Source: Lentisphaerota bacterium (GTDB taxonomy: Bacteria; Verrucomicrobiota; Kiritimatiellia; CAIQIC01; Lenti-01). From it: 63,451 nucleotides of DNA. Below are positions 55,501-63,451 of this stretch, one piece after another. Within the stretch, counting starts at the first letter, position 1. Each line of letters begins with the position of its first letter. A program made the translations under genes and the position numbers. The notes under the pieces are model-generated. The model was not told where the DNA came from. It did not search any database and saw only the letters and a program-made list of their open reading frames with translations. The DNA lies in the NCBI GenBank assembly GCA_012511885.1, contig JAAZFE010000124.1, positions 1 to 63,451 on the forward strand, read 5' to 3'.

Positions 55501-58500
55501 TTTCCCAGGCCCGCAAGCTAAACGGGTCGGTCACGGCCAGGCGTTCGGTGCTCCTGGTTTCTTGGAGCTCGGGATTGCTGTCCAGCGCGGGATCGTCGCC
55601 CTGATATCGCGGCGACACCCCCACCCAGGTGGAACGCCCGGTGAGGTCAAAATGAATCGTGTAAACGCCGGGCACGACATCCGTGAACAGATAGTTCCCG
55701 CCGGCATCGGTCAGCATCTCGTCCACCACCTCGTTCTTCGCGTTGACCAAATACACCGGCAGCCCCTCAATCCGCAGCTCTTCTTCCGGGTCCTGGATGC
55801 CGTTGCGGTTGGCGTCAAACCACACCAGATCGCCCACCACGGCTCCGCCCTTGGGAATCACCACCACGCTGCTCGTGTCGTTGTTGGGGTTGGGGTCGAA
55901 CAAGTCCCGGCTGGTGATCGTCGCGGTGTTGGTAATGCGCAATCCGGCATATTCGCGGGCGGTCACGCTGATATACAGCGTGGTCGAAGCCCCCACCCCC
56001 AGCGTGCCAATATCCCAAATGCCGGTCGCCCGGGTATAGTTGCCGTTCGAGTGGCTGTTGTATTGCAGACCGCCCGAGGGCAGCACGTCGGTGATCTTGA
56101 CGCCTGTGGCCACATTCGGCCCATTGTTTGTAGCGGTCAAGATGTACTCAATCATCTCCGCCTGGTCGGGATCCTCCTTGGTCACGGTTTTGAGCACGCC
56201 CACATCCGCCGACACCACGCAATTGGTCGCCACGGCGGACAGCGCCGGATGCATGGCGCTATAGACACTGGCACGGTTCGTCAGGGCGTTGCTCACCGGC
56301 GGCGAATCCGCCGTAACCTCGAACGTGAAGGTGGCCGTTTCGCCCACGCCCAACGTGCCCCCGCTCCACAATGCGGGCGGAGCGCCCACCGTGCCCTCGG
56401 GCGCGGTAGCATACCACACCACCACGCGGCCCGCCGCACCGGCGCCGCCCGCATAGGTGGTGCTGGAAAACGTGGATGTCTTGACAGCGCCGCCCCCGCC
56501 CCCACCGGGTACGCTCCCGGGGCTGCCGCCACCCTGCGAGGTGGCGCCGCCCCCGCCATTCCCGCCGCCCGGAGGCGCGGCCGCGCCCGCCGAACCCGAC
56601 GCGTTGTTGCCCGCCGCGCCCGGTCCCGCCGAAGATCCGCCGCCGCCGCCATAGCTCGTGCCCGAGCCGTTAGCCCCGCTGCCGCCGCCGTAACGCACAT
56701 CGCCCACGCCAGCGTTCGCCGCCCCGCCCGACGCCCCGGCATCGCTGTTGTTGGAGGTTCCGTTCCCGCCCTTTGCCAAGACCAGATCGGTGGTTCCCAG
56801 CCTAAACCGGGAATCCCCTCCGGCGGCATTGGCGCCGCCGCCCCCGCCCACCTGCACCGAATAGCTGGCGCCGGGACTTACGCTGAAATCACGCCGGCTG
56901 TAGGCGCCGCCGCCGCCCCCCCCGCCCGCGCCCGTATTGAATATTCCTGAGCGCGAAGCTCCACCGCCACCACCGCCCCAGGCCTCCACCCTCACCTGTC
57001 CGACTCCCGCCGGAACGGTGAACGTGCCGTTCGCGTTGAAGGTGACCGACGTCGTGAACTCCGGCGAATAAAACTGAACCGCCACACTGCCGGGCACATA
57101 CGTCACCCCGGCGGGAAGCATGTCCTCGACCATAATGCCGGCCTGCTCCACATTGCCGGTGTTCGCCACCACAACCGTATAGCTGATGGTGTCGCCCGGC
57201 GACAAACAGGCACCCGTCTGGCTCGAATTCTTCGTGATCGTCAGGCCGCGAACCTCCGGAACGAAGCCCGCGTCCCAGCTCAGGTCATTCACCCCCACCG
57301 GCAGATAAAACACCTCCGTGCGGCCCGTCAGCGGCGAGGCATCGCTGTCCAGCTCGCTGTCCGCCCCCTGGTTCTGCAAGGTATGGGCATAGCCTTCCGG
57401 CGCCTCGAACTGCAGATAGTAATACCCCGCCGCCAGATTGGTGAAACTATAGTACCCGTTGTCGGTAACCGTCGTCGCCACCTCGTTGTCGTCGGCGTCG
57501 TAAAGCGTCACCACCACCGGCGGGAGTCTGGACTGGAATAAATCATCCTGAATCCCGTTGCCATTCACATCGTGCCAAATATAATTGCCCAGCGACGCCG
57601 GCGGCTGGTAGAGCCCCGCATCGCGCGTGGTGTCATTCGTGCCGCCGCTCAGCGTGAACACCGCCGTGCGCCCGGTCGCCGGCGAAATATCGCTATCCAG
57701 CGCGGAATCGCCGCCCTGTCCCTGCGGCGACACGGCATACGCCGACGGCACCTCGAACTCCAGGAAATACGATCCCGAAGGCAGGTTGGTGAAAGCATAA
57801 GCGCCCTGCGCGTCGCTGGTCGTCGTGTCCAGCAGCACGCCCGATGCGGCATACAGCAGCACCTCCACGCCGCCCAGACCCGGTTCGCCCTCCTCCTGAA
57901 TGCCATCGCCGTTCAGGTCGAACCACACCCGGTCCCCCACCGAGTTGGCGACGGAATAGTTGGTGGCCGTAGCCTCGAGAGGTGGTCGCTGATCCATCGT
58001 CAGCGTGGCGGTATTGACAAATTGCGTGCTCACCAGCGGATACCCCAGGGTCGCCGCCAGCCCCACCGTGATCGTCTCGCCGGGGTGGATGGTGATGTCC
58101 GTCAGCAGATTCGGCGGATCCTCAACCGTCAGCAATTCCTTGTCCGTATAGCGGATCATCACCATGCCCGCCGCGCCCGCGCCGCCGGTGCGTGTGCCGC
58201 TCGTGCGATAAGCGCCGCCGCCCCCGCCGCCCGGCGTACTCCCCGCCGTGCCGTTGCCTTGCGAACCGCTGCGCCCGTCTCCGCCATTGCCGCCGCCGGC
58301 GGGCGCAATCGCCCCGGCAGAACCGCTGGCGTTGTTGCCCGCCACCTGGGTGCCGGCCGAGGACCCCCCGCCGCCGCCGTAAGAACGGTCAACCCCGTTG
58401 GCGCCATTGCCGCCGTCATAACCAACATCGCCAATACCGCCGGAAGCCCGCCCGCCCGCCGCGCCATTCCGCGCGTTTTGCGCCGCGCCGCTTCCCCCGC

Positions 58501-61500
58501 GAGCCAAGACATTGGTCATCCATTCGTTGCGCACCCAGGAATCACTCCCGGCGGAGTTTGCCGCGCCCCCCGCGCCAACCGTCACCGTCAGCACCTCCCC
58601 GGGCGTCACGGGAAATTCCGCCCAGCTCGAGGCCCCGCCGCCGCCTCCTCCGCCCCCGCCGCCCTGATTCCCGGCTTGCGTGGCACCGCCCCCGCCGCCG
58701 CCAATGGCGAACACCTCCAGCGAATAGACACCATCCGGCACAACAAAGGTGCGGGTCCCCGCCGTGGTGTACAGCTGGGTCTGCACGGACGGCGGCGGCA
58801 CCTGCGCGACCGTCGCGCTGCCCGGCACATACTCCGTCCCCGGCGGCAGCACATCCGCCAAATCCACCCCCACCAGCGTCACCGTCCCCGTGTTTTCAAT
58901 GACAATCTCATACACATTCGTCGCGCCCAAATCCCAGTTGCCCTCGAGCAGCGAACTCTTGTCCAACGTCACCCCCACCGTGCCCGCCGCATAATTTGTC
59001 GCCTGCGACTCCAGCCAGTCCGGCTGCTGGTCGCTTTGCAGGCGCGCCACGTTGACAAATTGCGTGCAGACCAGCGGATCATCAATCTTCGCCGTCAGCC
59101 GCACCGTCATGCTGGTGCCCGGCGGCAGGCTCATGCCCTCCAGCAGGGTCGGCGGATTCGGCAGCGCGTTGGTCGAAGCCGGCATCGTCGCGTCAATCCG
59201 GATGTTGTCCAGCCAGATCGTCCGCGCACTCGTCAGGTTCTGGCCCGTAAAGCGGATAATCGTGTTCTCGCCAATATAACTCGACAAATTAAAGGTCCGC
59301 GGAAAATACGAACCGTCATTCGTCGCCCCCTCAATCCGCCCCAGCTCCGTGAACGAAGTCCCGTTGCGCGAAGCATACACGATAATACGGCTCGTCGAGA
59401 TCAACCCCCAGCGGCGGTAATCCAGCGACAGCGTCGCCGCCGACGCGCCGGCCAGGTTCACCGGCCGTTGGATGGTGTGATTGCCCGTCATGCGCAGCGC
59501 ATAGGTCTGCCCCGGCACCGAACCGCTGTCCACCTGAATGCTCACATTGCCGCTCAGCGGACTACCATCGTCACCGGTCTCGGTCCACGGCCCCGCCCAC
59601 GCCATATTGCCGTCATCATTCTCATAGGTCCGGAAGTGGAACGCATCCAGATAGGTGTGGGTGTGGGTGAACCGCCGGATCAGCTCCGCCGATCCGTCCA
59701 CATAGCTCATCCCCCACGGCACCAAATCCTCCAGCCGGATGTTCGTCTGCCAAATCGTGCCCGTGTTGATGATCTCGATGTTGTACGCCACATTCGAACC
59801 CGCGCCCAGCATCCCGTTCGGGCTGGATGTCTTGACCAGCGCCACATGTTCCGTGGCGTGGATGTCGTTCGTCACCGCATTCGACCCCGTCCATGACTGG
59901 TCCTGGTCCGCGCGCACCCGGGCCTGGTTGACCACCTGCGTGGCCAGCGGCGGATTGTCCACCTGCACCTGGAAGGTCACCGTCGCGCCGCCGCCCGGCG
60001 GCAGAGTCAAATTCTGCGCCGGCATCGGCGGCGGCATGCCCGCAAACGTGGCGTCGTTCCCCACCAGCGTAAACGTCACATTGTCGAACGCCACCAGATT
60101 GGTGTCCAGGTTTCCGCGCGTCAAAAACCGGATGCTCGTATTCGTCGAAATATAGGCGCTCACGTTGTAGCTCGCCGTCGTGCGGGTGAGCATATGGCCC
60201 GTCCCCGACTGAAACAGCCGGTTCGAGCTCGCCCAGCCGTTGGTTGAAATCCACAAATCCACGCCCGTGCTCGAAGGCACCGTTTGGCGGCGATAAACGA
60301 ACGACAGCGTCGCGCTCGTATGCCCCGACAGGTCCGCCGTGCGCGATGCCCCGCGCCCGCTGCCGCCCACCAGCAGCGTAAACGCTTCCATGGGCACGTT
60401 GGTCGCGCCGTCCGCCCGCACCTGCACCCCGCCCGCGTTCGGCCCGTCGGCCTCGCCCAATTCCTCCCAGGCCGTAATCCAGGGAATCGTCCCGTTGCTG
60501 TTCGTGAACGAGCGGGAGTTGAACCGGTCGCTCACCGTGTTGGTCATGGCGCCGCTCACCTGAATCTGCGCCGTGTTGGGCACATAGCTCACCCCCACCG
60601 GCAGCACGTCGTCCAGTGTCACCCCCGTGTACGTCACCGTGCCGGTGTTCGCCAGCGTCACCGTGTACCAATACGTGTCGCCCGGCTCCAACAGCTCCGT
60701 CGTACTCGTCTCCTTCGCAATCGTCAGCCCCCTCGCGCGAGCCGGAATCGTCACGCCGCCGCTCCACGTCTCGTTGCTGCTCCCCACCGTCGCGTTGTTG
60801 TGGATGTAGCCGTCAAAATCCGGCGGCAAATCATCCAGCACCTGCGTCACATAGCGCACCGTCGTCGTCTCCCCCACCATGACCGTGCCGAGATCATACC
60901 CCCCCTCGTCAAACGGAAAACGCGTCAGCATCGGCGGCAGATTGTCGTCAATCGCATTGGTCACGCCCCCCTTCGCCACCATCGAGCTGTTGCTCACATA
61001 CGCCGTCACATCCGTCGGCAAATCATCCACCAGCATCACATTGTGCGCCGTCGCAAACCCCACATTCACCACATCAATAAAATACTCGATCGTATCCCCC
61101 TCGTCCGCGTACCCGTTGCCGTTCAAGTCGTGGAGCAGCGCCGCCGCCTTGGTCGAAAGCACCGCCGGAAACGGCTGAATCGGATAGCCCATGTCCAAAA
61201 ACGGATTGCCCGTCTCCGACCGCGCCGAATCCTGCCCCCACGCCGCCATCAGCGGCGTGCCGTCCAGCGTGTAAAACCGCATCCCCGTCTGGTCGTTGTC
61301 GTTGGTATCCACCAAAAATGCCACATCCAGCGGCGCGATGTTCGTCGTGAAATCATAGCGGTTCCCCAGGGGGTCCACCAGCGGACCCGTGTTCGGGTCG
61401 CCATCCAGGTCCACATAAATCGTCGTGTTCGTCAGCGCCGTCACCCAGATCGGGTTGCCGTTCGCATTCAACGCCACTGTCGTCCCCACGCCCGGCCCCC

Positions 61501-62722
61501 ATCCCACCAGCCCCGCCGTACTCATCATGTTCACCGGCGTCAGCCCCAGCCCCCAGTCATAGGTCTGGCAGTGCTGGAGGTATCCTTCGTAGTTGGCTCC
61601 ACCCCATGTCGTGTCAAAAATGCTCGCCCCGATAAACTTCGACCCGTCCATCGTGTAAAAGCGCGTCGCGCTGTTCGCCGGCAGCATAAAGGTGTCATAC
61701 ACGCTGTTCGGCTCCACCCAGAACGACCCCGAAGAAGTCTTCGTCTCATAATACACCCGGATCCGCTCCTCGTTCGGATTGAACAAATACGCCACCGCCG
61801 GCACCGTTGCGTTCCCCCCCATAACCGTCCGCGAGCACATCGGCGTCACATAGTCCGTCCCCCACTGGTTCTCCGGCCACAACTCGATCCAGCGCATTTC
61901 GTAGGACGAGCCGATGTCGCCCGTCACCAGAATGCACTGGAACGGCTGGCTGCCCTTCGCCGTCGCCCCCGCCACCACCCCGCCGTTCACAAAATACGGT
62001 TCGCCCGCGTTCAGATACACCGTCTCCTCGAAAACACCGTCATTGTCCAAGTCCAGATCAATGCGCGTAAAATCGTGGTCTGCCATAATGTACAGCCCCG
62101 AATAGCTGAACATCATGTTCGTGCCATTCCCCGTCCCCGTCCCCACCCCCACCGGCGTGCGGTACAGCGTGCCGTGCGTGCTGATGTCATACACCCCCGT
62201 CGCCTCCGCCAGCACCTCCCCCGGATCCTTCGCATACAACCCCCGCGTCATCACCACCGGCAGCGTCGTCGCCACCTTGTCGCGAGCATCATACTCCAGC
62301 GTCAGGTGGTTCCGCGTCACATCAATCTCCGACTCCAGCAAAATCACATCCCCCGCATTCAAAATATCATTCGGATACCCCGGCGGAAACCCGTTGCTCG
62401 GGTCCCCGTCCCCCCAAATCTGGCTCGTCGGCTGCTGCGGATCCGTAATCTCCTCCTCGTAGCCGTCCTCCCAGTGGTCATAGTAGATAATCGTCCCGTC
62501 CGTCCCCACCAAAATCGAAATCGCCGACACCATCACATCGCCGATCAACCCCCGGAACGCATCAATCGTATTCAACGAAATCTGCATCTGGTCCTCCGGC
62601 AGCGGAACATAATACGTCTGCAAAACATTCGCCCCCCAACTCAGCGAACCACCGGCAAACAACGCCAGCCACAACACCAGCGTGATCGCCAAATGCCGAC
62701 TCTCATCTCGAAGCGTTTTCAT
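52586..62722 (-). CDS. Giant (3378 aa) secreted repeat protein: unknown N-terminal region, multiple DUF11-like repeats, three SdrD-B/Cna-B-like repeats, two glycine-rich modules, C-terminal C25 (gingipain-like) peptidase domain
   Basis: Signal peptide MKTLRDESRHLAITLVLWLALFAGGSLSWGA. DUF11-like: LTIAKETS...GDTYWYTVTLANTGTVTYTGVTLDDVLPVGVSYVP and several more. SdrD-B-like: GDRVWFDLNGDGIQEEGEPGLGGVEVLLY...GSYFLEF. C25-like: see the separate entry. Confidence 0.85.
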   Translation of the reverse strand: MKTLRDESRHLAITLVLWLALFAGGSLSWGANVLQTYYVPLPEDQMQISLNTIDAFRGLIGDVMVSAISILVGTDGTIIYYDHWEDGYEEEITDPQQPTSQIWGDGDPSNGFPPGYPNDILNAGDVILLESEIDVTRNHLTLEYDARDKVATTLPVVMTRGLYAKDPGEVLAEATGVYDISTHGTLYRTPVGVGTGTGNGTNMMFSYSGLYIMADHDFTRIDLDLDNDGVFEETVYLNAGEPYFVNGGVVAGATAKGSQPFQCILVTGDIGSSYEMRWIELWPENQWGTDYVTPMCSRTVMGGNATVPAVAYLFNPNEERIRVYYETKTSSGSFWVEPNSVYDTFMLPANSATRFYTMDGSKFIGASIFDTTWGGANYEGYLQHCQTYDWGLGLTPVNMMSTAGLVGWGPGVGTTVALNANGNPIWVTALTNTTIYVDLDGDPNTGPLVDPLGNRYDFTTNIAPLDVAFLVDTNDNDQTGMRFYTLDGTPLMAAWGQDSARSETGNPFLDMGYPIQPFPAVLSTKAAALLHDLNGNGYADEGDTIEYFIDVVNVGFATAHNVMLVDDLPTDVTAYVSNSSMVAKGGVTNAIDDNLPPMLTRFPFDEGGYDLGTVMVGETTTVRYVTQVLDDLPPDFDGYIHNNATVGSSNETWSGGVTIPARARGLTIAKETSTTELLEPGDTYWYTVTLANTGTVTYTGVTLDDVLPVGVSYVPNTAQIQVSGAMTNTVSDRFNSRSFTNSNGTIPWITAWEELGEADGPNAGGVQVRADGATNVPMEAFTLLVGGSGRGASRTADLSGHTSATLSFVYRRQTVPSSTGVDLWISTNGWASSNRLFQSGTGHMLTRTTASYNVSAYISTNTSIRFLTRGNLDTNLVAFDNVTFTLVGNDATFAGMPPPMPAQNLTLPPGGGATVTFQVQVDNPPLATQVVNQARVRADQDQSWTGSNAVTNDIHATEHVALVKTSSPNGMLGAGSNVAYNIEIINTGTIWQTNIRLEDLVPWGMSYVDGSAELIRRFTHTHTYLDAFHFRTYENDDGNMAWAGPWTETGDDGSPLSGNVSIQVDSGSVPGQTYALRMTGNHTIQRPVNLAGASAATLSLDYRRWGLISTSRIIVYASRNGTSFTELGRIEGATNDGSYFPRTFNLSSYIGENTIIRFTGQNLTSARTIWLDNIRIDATMPASTNALPNPPTLLEGMSLPPGTSMTVRLTAKIDDPLVCTQFVNVARLQSDQQPDWLESQATNYAAGTVGVTLDKSSLLEGNWDLGATNVYEIVIENTGTVTLVGVDLADVLPPGTEYVPGSATVAQVPPPSVQTQLYTTAGTRTFVVPDGVYSLEVFAIGGGGGGATQAGNQGGGGGGGGGGASSWAEFPVTPGEVLTVTVGAGGAANSAGSDSWVRNEWMTNVLARGGSGAAQNARNGAAGGRASGGIGDVGYDGGNGANGVDRSYGGGGGSSAGTQVAGNNASGSAGAIAPAGGGNGGDGRSGSQGNGTAGSTPGGGGGGAYRTSGTRTGGAGAAGMVMIRYTDKELLTVEDPPNLLTDITIHPGETITVGLAATLGYPLVSTQFVNTATLTMDQRPPLEATATNYSVANSVGDRVWFDLNGDGIQEEGEPGLGGVEVLLYAASGVLLDTTTSDAQGAYAFTNLPSGSYFLEFEVPSAYAVSPQGQGGDSALDSDISPATGRTAVFTLSGGTNDTTRDAGLYQPPASLGNYIWHDVNGNGIQDDLFQSRLPPVVVTLYDADDNEVATTVTDNGYYSFTNLAAGYYYLQFEAPEGYAHTLQNQGADSELDSDASPLTGRTEVFYLPVGVNDLSWDAGFVPEVRGLTITKNSSQTGACLSPGDTISYTVVVANTGNVEQAGIMVEDMLPAGVTYVPGSVAVQFYSPEFTTSVTFNANGTFTVPAGVGQVRVEAWGGGGGGASRSGIFNTGAGGGGGGGAYSRRDFSVSPGASYSVQVGGGGGANAAGGDSRFRLGTTDLVLAKGGNGTSNNSDAGASGGAANAGVGDVRYGGGSGANGSGTSYGGGGGSSAGPGAAGNNASGSAGAAAPPGGGNGGGGATSQGGGSPGSVPGGGGGGAVKTSTFSSTTYAGGAGAAGRVVVWYATAPEGTVGAPPALWSGGTLGVGETATFTFEVTADSPPVSNALTNRASVYSAMHPALSAVATNCVVSADVGVLKTVTKEDPDQAEMIEYILTATNNGPNVATGVKITDVLPSGGLQYNSHSNGNYTRATGIWDIGTLGVGASTTLYISVTAREYAGLRITNTATITSRDLFDPNPNNDTSSVVVIPKGGAVVGDLVWFDANRNGIQDPEEELRIEGLPVYLVNAKNEVVDEMLTDAGGNYLFTDVVPGVYTIHFDLTGRSTWVGVSPRYQGDDPALDSNPELQETRSTERLAVTDPFSLRAWETNLTIDLGLIPLKPTRVTLVDVWGEARGDAGVVAWQTDSEWHTAGFRIYRLAGEDDAGELVTPRLVTSVLSSAGGLYEWEDPQAEAGGTGWYRLEEVEMSGMVNDLGTYELTFGAPPPAALAARAAAADSSRKRAVLAKPAAPVGLAGPSSVLKASYPKAGLYALSLAELAEGMGQELEAVEALAHAQRLALSVEGDVVPSIHDAVNGRLIFHGRATDNWYARGNVVMISVGDGQSMTRREPGATHGDDVLPARVRFEEDNYYLNTVNNLPDDFYYWDYVISAPTENAASVKSFPLDLRGFAGSDVAIKVSLQGWSSTPGGPDHLAEFRFNGEWIGSATFDDQEVCTVELLAPITLASNGLNTFEVKGVLQEGHSYSFFVVNWIEATFARELTPEGNPVFHEPGKMSAYAAPAFTQPLVVALDRYDRPVWIADEDGGLPNKAWASSSSDRRYALEEWAELPQLPLEVVAEDPWFMTPDNRVDYLIVVSRALEAAVQELADYRASQGLRVGVATFEDLCDWMAGGLRTPEAISELLAYANATWAQAPWMVLLAGSGHYDFLDTQNFGGNHIPPLLVQTDNGFFSSDNLLTDYHGDGLPNASVGRLPARDAGDLAAMIAKIKVYEQSFGSDWLGRWVLVSDKADALAGDFGDVNDALEGLAGPEREVIRIDRRAMNAKTAKTTLTSAIRTGAGMVHYTGHGSAQAWNEHVLASSDAPGLQNAEYPMLVVALSCLVGHHEDPLPNIESLGEALLRAPGSGAVAAWGPSGLSDNQLAQELGLAFYDVVLQKKVGTLGPAVLEALRSVEHNQFSFTTYAMYNLLGDPALRIANNRGDGGIAENFAEWRWERFSPDELADPEVSAATPERFYVYAFDNDGMVEPVEGGVDVKPQGGSTCPTCDDEELVVQWRQRARSLDVDYRLLISDDLVTWRPADEEIVILDVEVDPDEVMETIRARVPCSANGRVFVGLEAIQH
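53050..54070 (-). other. C25 gingipain-like cysteine peptidase domain region of the giant protein (approximate bounds)
   Basis: VDYLIVVSRALEAAVQELADYRASQGLRV. HYTGHGSAQAW has its His codon at 53408-53410. MLVVALSCLVGH has its Cys codon at 53309-53311. Together these form a His/Cys dyad context like peptidase family C25. Confidence 0.6.
56411..57022 (-). repeat. Glycine-rich module 2 inside the giant protein (about aa 1901-2104), paralogous to module 1
   Basis: FTVPAGVGQVRVEAWGGGGGGASRSG...GGGGSSAGPGAAGNNASGSAGAAAPPGGGNGG...GAGAAGRVVVWY. It is collinear with module 1. Confidence 0.85.
58148..58747 (-). repeat. Glycine-rich module 1 inside the giant protein (about aa 1326-1525)
   Basis: FVVPDGVYSLEVFAIGGGGGGATQAGNQGGGGGGGGGG...GGGGSSAGTQVAGNNASGSAGAIAPAGGGNGG...GAGAAGMVMIRY. 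Confidence 0.85.
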
Positions 62723-63230
62723 AATATGTCACCAACTCTCAACAACAGCGGGACAACCTTCCCGCAACTAATTGATGACCCAATATATACATATATTAAA
62801 AAAAATGTGATGAACCGTTTTCCTAAACCCTAAATAAATCTTCCGAAACCGCCGTTTTCCTTTCCGAAAATCCATCTTTTTTCGCACATAAACCGTTTGA
62901 CCTCCCTGCAGGCACCAAGTCACACCCCACCCCAACACTCACCAGAGCACGCCAACTCACTCCCCAAAACGACACACAATATCCATCCCGATCAACCCCA
63001 GCGCGACATCACTCCACCTCCCCTCTCCCCCCACACAAGCCAAAAATCCTGCCCCATTTGCTGCCGCGCCATCCATCCTGCACCCCCACCACGCCAACCC
63101 AAATTACATAAGCAACCCGCCCAAACCAAACAACGCAACGCGAGCGGCAAAATGCTCAAAGCCCGCCATCCATACGGCCATTTTTTTACAGAATTGGCGA
63201 CATCCCAGATTCAAAGATCAAAAAAAACGA

Positions 63231-63257
63231 GTGTCGCGAGTCGTGTGTCGTGAGTCG
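63231..63257 (+). repeat. Two tandem 13-mers GTGTCG(C/T)GAGTCG (14-bp period)
   Basis: Read directly at 63231-63243 and 63245-63257, in the non-coding region upstream of the giant gene. Confidence 0.8.
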
Positions 63258-63451
63258 AAAAAACACCATTTTTCGCCAATTTTTGCCAGCTTCCGTCCAT
63301 TTTCAACAATTTCTGCTCATTTTCACACCTTGTTAGCCAGTAGCTATTGCAACACCAGGGTTTTGTTCTAGCGTTTCCTCGCCTTGGGTTGCTACTCGGG
63401 GTCAAAGTGGCAGGATTTGGGCTGTCTGGCAAGCCTAAGCGGTGGTTTTAG

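Noticed and set aside
52550-62833. Long + strand ORFs (52550-53743, 53795-55204, 55253-56950, 57572-59896, 60284-62833; up to 849 aa)
   Set aside because: All are antisense to the 3378-aa gene and are extremely Arg/Pro/His-rich. The minus-strand frame carries recognisable repeat and peptidase motifs over its full length.
62897-63432. ORFs 62897-63253 (+, 118 aa) and 63211-63432 (-, 73 aa)
   Set aside because: They are low-complexity Pro/His/Gln-rich or motif-free translations of the C/A-rich non-coding region, with no Shine-Dalgarno sequence or coding periodicity visible.
1-63451. Mobile element or genomic-island boundaries, tRNA, rRNA
   Set aside because: No integrase, transposase, recombinase or phage genes were recognised. 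I saw no flanking direct repeats beyond the compositional similarity of the two edges. No tRNA-like cloverleaf or rRNA sequence was recognised by eye, and a dedicated scan (tRNAscan-SE, Infernal) would be needed to exclude small RNAs.

Overview
GC-rich bacterial chromosomal window from a diderm organism (lpxA, Wza/Wzc, outer-membrane beta-barrel). Some proteins have a Verrucomicrobia/PVC flavour, but that is inference only. No rRNA, tRNA, CRISPR array, transposase or integrase was recognised. Layout: (i) 1-900 is non-coding, C/A-rich on the + strand, and carries two diverged copies of a 69-bp unit, each with three copies of the palindrome TTCCACGCCATGGAAA. (ii) 0.9-14.8 kb holds mixed housekeeping genes: a Hanks-type Ser/Thr kinase, two YkuD L,D-transpeptidases, accA, rubrerythrin plus ferredoxin, an orphan hydrogenase-maturation protease, MscS, a lower-mevalonate operon (MK-PMK-MVD), a CBM20-esterase, lpxA, a SAM methyltransferase and thiL. 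(iii) 14.9-49.7 kb is a very large glycan/exopolysaccharide locus, almost entirely on the minus strand and largely translationally coupled by 4-nt ATGA/GTGA overlaps. It encodes 6 GT2, 5 GT4, one GT-C, a WecA-like initiating transferase, an O-acetyltransferase, three Wzy/O-antigen-ligase-like proteins, Wzm/Wzt, Wzc/Wza, an OM barrel, a FecR-glycosidase-like fusion, a three-domain kinase fusion, an orphan MdcA homologue and an NTP_transf_5 nucleotidyltransferase. (iv) 49.7-52.6 kb is the best candidate for a novel system: PqqD-like protein, radical SAM/SPASM enzyme, a 61-aa peptide ORF and an HprK-like kinase, plus a convergent Ser/His-type S26 peptidase. The peptide has a lasso-like leader and a C-terminal Ser, yet no lasso cyclase or B2 protease occurs in the window. 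(v) 52.6-62.7 kb is one 3378-aa secreted repeat protein (DUF11-like and SdrD-B-like repeats, two ~200-aa glycine-rich modules, C-terminal gingipain-like C25 domain), lying 17 nt upstream of the cassette on the same strand. (vi) 62.7-63.45 kb is again non-coding and C/A-rich. All functional calls rest on motif recognition by eye; no database search was possible.
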